DNA of 57,385 bases from the NCBI GenBank assembly GCA_001797665.1, contig MGQA01000109.1, forward strand, positions 1 through 57,385, given 5' to 3'. This DNA is from Deltaproteobacteria bacterium GWF2_42_12. Its GTDB lineage: Bacteria > Desulfobacterota > GWC2-55-46 > UBA9637. Of this stretch, positions 53,951 to 57,385 are shown in pieces (within the stretch, counting starts at the first letter, position 1; every line of letters begins with the position of its first letter). Below the pieces are notes generated by a model that was not told the DNA's origin, searched no databases, and was given only the letters and a program-made list of their open reading frames with translations. The position numbers and the translations under genes are program-made.

Positions 53951-54907
53951 TTATTTTAGAATTTTTCTGATAGTATAAATGGCCTTACTCTGAGATTCAT
54001 GATAAACCCTTGCAAGCATCTCACCTAAAAGCCCCATTACAACAAGTTGCGCACCGAGGATTATAAGAAGAACAGCCAAAAGAAGAAGCGGTCTGCCGCC
54101 TATTTGATAACCAAGCGCAAGTTTAGCATAAGTAAGATATAAAGATATTAAAAAACCTATTCCACCCAATACTAATCCTGGTGTGCCAAATGCATGAATG
54201 GGTCTCGTTGAAAAACTCTGAAGGAATTTTACAGTTAGCAAGTCTAATAAGACTCTTAAGGTTCTTGAAATGCCATATTTAGACTTTCCAAATCTTCTGT
54301 GATGATGTCCTACAACCTCCTCTGTAAATGTTGCGCCTATCCAGTTTGCAATAGCAGGTATAAATCTATGCATCTCACCATATAATCGTATATTCTTCAC
54401 TACCTCCTTCCTATAGGCCTTAAGCGTGCAGCCATAATCATGCAAATAAACGCCTGTCACCTTCGAGATAAGATAGTTTGCTATCATTGACGGCAGTCTT
54501 CTTGAAAAAAACGGGTCTTTTCGATTTTTTCTCCACCCGCTCACCACATCATACTCCTTAGCCTTTTCTAAAAGTCTTGGAATATCTTTGGGGTCATTTT
54601 GCAAATCTGCATCCATGGTAACAATAATTTCCCCCCTGGCATAGTCAAAGCCAGCAGCCATAGCCGCAGTTTGTCCAAAATTTCTTCTAAAACTTATGAC
54701 AACAACATTATTATCAATTTTTTGGATACTACTAAGGAGTGAGAAGGTATTATCCGCGCTCCCATCGTCAATGAAAATAATCTCATATTGCAAGCCGGTA
54801 TCATCCATTACATCTTTTATAGCCTTATAAAGTATGGGCACACTTTCTTCTTCGTTATAGACCGGCACTATTATAGAAACTGTCTTCTCAGACAAAATAT
54901 CCTCCAT
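53951..54907 (-). CDS. polyprenyl-phosphate glycosyltransferase, GT2 (ArnC/GtrB/DPM1-like)
   Basis: VSIIVPVYNEEESV.., ..IFIDDGSADNT.., ..MDADLQNDP.., two C-terminal TM helices. Confidence 0.85.
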   Translation of the reverse strand: MEDILSEKTVSIIVPVYNEEESVPILYKAIKDVMDDTGLQYEIIFIDDGSADNTFSLLSSIQKIDNNVVVISFRRNFGQTAAMAAGFDYARGEIIVTMDADLQNDPKDIPRLLEKAKEYDVVSGWRKNRKDPFFSRRLPSMIANYLISKVTGVYLHDYGCTLKAYRKEVVKNIRLYGEMHRFIPAIANWIGATFTEEVVGHHHRRFGKSKYGISRTLRVLLDLLTVKFLQSFSTRPIHAFGTPGLVLGGIGFLISLYLTYAKLALGYQIGGRPLLLLAVLLIILGAQLVVMGLLGEMLARVYHESQSKAIYTIRKILK

Positions 54908-54911
54908 TTAC

Positions 54912-56477
54912 TTAATAAGTATTAACATACTTTGTATCTATCCCTTTGAAATCATAACATCTATATATTGTAGCTTTCCTGACTATTAGATTGCCTCTAT
55001 ATGAATTAAAAATTGGTTCTTTCTCACAACTTTTAAAGGCATTCTCAACCAAAATATCAAGCTCTGCATCTCCGCCTTTTACATACACAGCATCCTTACC
55101 TTTTAATGTATTGAAACCACCCCAGATGTCGTATTGGTTCATTCTCCTATCGCCTAAGTTTATATTGTATGTAACAGGGTTCTTGGGAACATAAAATGCC
55201 AACTCACTCGCCATCTGATAAGTATCACTAAAAATAAACGCCTCGTTCTTTCTTGACATGTCATGATAAATATCGCCCACCTTCAACCCCAGTTCTTTCC
55301 AGGCTATAATGCGATTTATAGGGGCCTTGGCTTCAAGGTTTCTTATGCCAACAAATTTAAGGAGTCCTGGGAAATAAGTAACCATTACTGTCAAAAAACC
55401 AATAAATAACGATATTGCAAATATTATTTTAGCCATTTTTTTTGTATATAAGTATTCATAAATGCCAATCGACGCAAATACCGTAAAATACGCTGGCGCT
55501 GCCCAGTTTGCCTCAACCTCTGCCTGAAGACTCTTAAATAAAAAAAACAAAAAAACAGGCACTGACGTAAGAAAAAGAAGCAGATAATCTTTTTTCCATT
55601 GCTTGAAACCTATGACACCGGTTTTAAATATGCCATACATAGAAATGAGAAAAATAAATGGCGTAAGAAGGCCAAGCTGAGAGCTTAGAAATTCAACAAG
55701 GGATACACCTGATAACATAAAACCTCTTTCAACATGCGCATGCCCCATTGTATGCCGGACAGTAACCCAGTCTTGCTGACTATTCCAAATAATTACCGGA
55801 CTAAAGATAAAAAGGCTTATGAGAACAGCAATATAAGGCTCTTTTTTCCTAAACCAGAACCTATCCTCCTTTGAAAAAAAGAGATAGAGAAAAAGACATG
55901 GAAAGATAAGAGCCATTGTGTATTTACTCAAAAGACCTATACCAATTGAAACGCCAACGAGATACCACCAGATTTTGGATTGTGGATTTTGGATATTAGA
56001 TTTAAAGTTTGCAATTTGCAATTTGCAATTTGCAATTTTTTCTTCTCTCACTGCCTTTCTGAAAAAATATATCGTAAGTCCCCAAAATAAGATGAGCGGG
56101 GCATCTGTTGTCATGAGAACAGAACCGGCGGCATATAACGGTGTCAGCGATGGCATCAATCCAGCAAAGAAACCAGCCCTCTCGCTATCGAATATCTCGC
56201 GAGCTAAAGCGAATAATATTAAAGAGACTATCACAGCAATGATTACCGAGCCGAGCCTAACAGAAACCTCATTGTTACCGCCAATCTTTGTAAAAAAGGC
56301 TATTATATAGGCAATCGCCGGGCCTTTACTGTAATAACTCAAGTCTAACCTTCTTGACCATTCCCAGTAATGAGCTTCGTCAGCAGAGAGATCAAATGGC
56401 CCCTGCCAGATATAATAAATACGAAATATCGTTATAAATATTAAAAATATAAAAAAATTTTTTTTATTAAAAGGCAT
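54912..56477 (-). CDS. ArnT-like polyprenyl-phosphate-sugar dependent glycosyltransferase (GT39/GT83 fold)
   Basis: 521 aa. N-terminal loop DLSADEAHYWEWSRR..YYSKGP, more than 10 TM segments and a soluble C-terminal domain. Carries a repeat-derived insertion. Confidence 0.8.
   Translation of the reverse strand: MPFNKKNFFIFLIFITIFRIYYIWQGPFDLSADEAHYWEWSRRLDLSYYSKGPAIAYIIAFFTKIGGNNEVSVRLGSVIIAVIVSLILFALAREIFDSERAGFFAGLMPSLTPLYAAGSVLMTTDAPLILFWGLTIYFFRKAVREEKIANCKLQIANFKSNIQNPQSKIWWYLVGVSIGIGLLSKYTMALIFPCLFLYLFFSKEDRFWFRKKEPYIAVLISLFIFSPVIIWNSQQDWVTVRHTMGHAHVERGFMLSGVSLVEFLSSQLGLLTPFIFLISMYGIFKTGVIGFKQWKKDYLLLFLTSVPVFLFFLFKSLQAEVEANWAAPAYFTVFASIGIYEYLYTKKMAKIIFAISLFIGFLTVMVTYFPGLLKFVGIRNLEAKAPINRIIAWKELGLKVGDIYHDMSRKNEAFIFSDTYQMASELAFYVPKNPVTYNINLGDRRMNQYDIWGGFNTLKGKDAVYVKGGDAELDILVENAFKSCEKEPIFNSYRGNLIVRKATIYRCYDFKGIDTKYVNTY
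56008..56035. repeat. perfect heptanucleotide array (TTTGCAA)x4 followed by T5, inside the ArnT-like gene
   Basis: Counted directly. Preceded by ATTTTGGAT-tgtgg-ATTTTGGAT (55972-55994). Translated as KIANCKLQIANFKSNIQNPQSKI. Confidence 0.9.
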
Positions 56478-56492
56478 CTTATGTTGTTAAGG

Positions 56493-57071
56493 TTATGATT
56501 GCGCATTCGAGAACCGTTTCTTAGACCACGACACAACCACCGGAACGAGCCATTTATCTAATTGTATAAAAAGAATAGCCCCCATGATCCCAAAGATGGA
56601 GCCGCCAATCACATCTAACGGATAATGAACGCCCACATATATCCTTGAGTAGGCAACAAGTATTGCGATAACCAAGAAGATTATAGAATATCTTCTGTAA
56701 TTGTAAGAAAGATAAGTAGCAGCAGCAAAAATATTGGCCGCGTGACCTGAAGGGAATGAAAAGGACTGGGTGCAGCTCACCAATATGCGAACATCGGTCA
56801 ATACATTGCAAGGCCTACCCCTCTGAATTAGATATTTCGTGGTATTTGCGGCCAAATCACTCATCAATACAGCTAACACGACTATTATTAGAACCTTCCT
56901 ATCGCGCTGCTTTCCCATTATAAATATTATTAACCAACTCAAAATTATAACACCTACAAAATTTGCCTTAGATGTTATAAATGGCATAAAAAAATCCAGA
57001 ATAGAGGCAGTTAGCTGAGTATTGAGAAAATAAAAAAGGTCTCTATCAAGTTGTAAAATGTAACCCACCAA
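56493..57071 (-). CDS. PAP2 family phosphatase (undecaprenyl-diphosphatase / lipid A phosphatase type)
   Basis: All three PAP2 motifs are present: KYLIQRGRP, FPSGHA and SRIYVGVHYPLDV. Confidence 0.8.
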   Translation of the reverse strand: MVGYILQLDRDLFYFLNTQLTASILDFFMPFITSKANFVGVIILSWLIIFIMGKQRDRKVLIIVVLAVLMSDLAANTTKYLIQRGRPCNVLTDVRILVSCTQSFSFPSGHAANIFAAATYLSYNYRRYSIIFLVIAILVAYSRIYVGVHYPLDVIGGSIFGIMGAILFIQLDKWLVPVVVSWSKKRFSNAQS

Positions 57072-57385
57072 CCTTCTCCCTTAAAACATGAAATTTATTT
57101 TCCACTGCCTTCACTACATCACCTACTTCAATATCTTCCATACATGCCATGTTATTATTACAAGACCTTGAAAAACATGGACTACAGGATAATTCCTTCC
57201 TGATAACTGTATGACCTTTACCATATGGTCCTGTCCTCCATGGCGCTGTTGGTCCAAATATCGCAATAACTGGCACAGACATAGCAGCCGCAATATGCAT
57301 AGGCCCTGAATCGACAGTAATAACCATAGAAGAAAGACTCATGATATATGCTAATTCTTTTAGATTTAACCTTCCTGCAAAATTA
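57046..57385 (-). CDS. glycosyltransferase family 9 (heptosyltransferase), 3' part only (runs off the window)
   Basis: ..VDSGPMHIAAAMSVPVIAIFG.., Cys-rich tail CSPCFSRSCNNNMACM. The frame stays open to the window edge. Confidence 0.7.
   Translation of the reverse strand, partial: NFAGRLNLKELAYIMSLSSMVITVDSGPMHIAAAMSVPVIAIFGPTAPWRTGPYGKGHTVIRKELSCSPCFSRSCNNNMACMEDIEVGDVVKAVENKFHVLREKVGGLHFTT

Overview
Visibly AT-rich, gene-dense chromosomal segment, almost entirely minus-strand, from a diderm (LPS-making) bacterium. The repeat vocabulary suggests an uncultured lineage; the taxon cannot be verified from sequence alone. All functional calls come from motif recognition by eye, with no searches run.

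Left to right:
- A small TA/restriction islet: a DUF2283/DUF4258 pair with an amber-interrupted toxin, a 1025-aa fused nuclease-methyltransferase and a vapBC-like pair.
- ispG, tRNA-Leu(TAA), tRNA-Cys(GCA), a TPR membrane protein, comEA, cimA, lysC, vapBC/phd and lpdA.
- A ParE/RelE pair, a membrane-anchored SAM methyltransferase, a PIN/Phd pair, tsaE, an EamA transporter, nnr and tRNA-Lys(CTT).
- A receiver/HD-GYP regulator, two class II c-type cytochromes, an SmbP-like His-rich protein and an HPF-cold-shock-domain fusion.
- An opp operon that is interrupted, followed by rpoZ-gmk-yicC.
- A roughly 20-kb LPS core / lipid A modification cluster: heptose kinase, five GT9, five or six GT4, O-antigen ligase, CE4 deacetylase, GT2, Trm112, a UPF0104 flippase-like protein, ArnC-like, ArnT-like and PAP2.

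Most unusual observations:
1. A second, diverged 1082-aa fused nuclease-methyltransferase (type IIG / ISP-like) sits between oppC and oppD with only 3-nt and 6-nt spacers.
2. At least ten unrelated genes carry in-frame insertions of the same hairpin or heptamer repeat families that litter the intergenic DNA, which resembles Rickettsia palindromic elements.
3. Perfect (7-mer)x4 tandem arrays lie inside tsaE, a CE4 deacetylase and an ArnT-like gene, with degenerate arrays in two other LPS genes. These are candidate slip-strand switches.
4. Five toxin-antitoxin loci are interleaved with housekeeping genes in the first 17.5 kb.

No CRISPR array, rRNA, integrase, transposase or prophage was seen.
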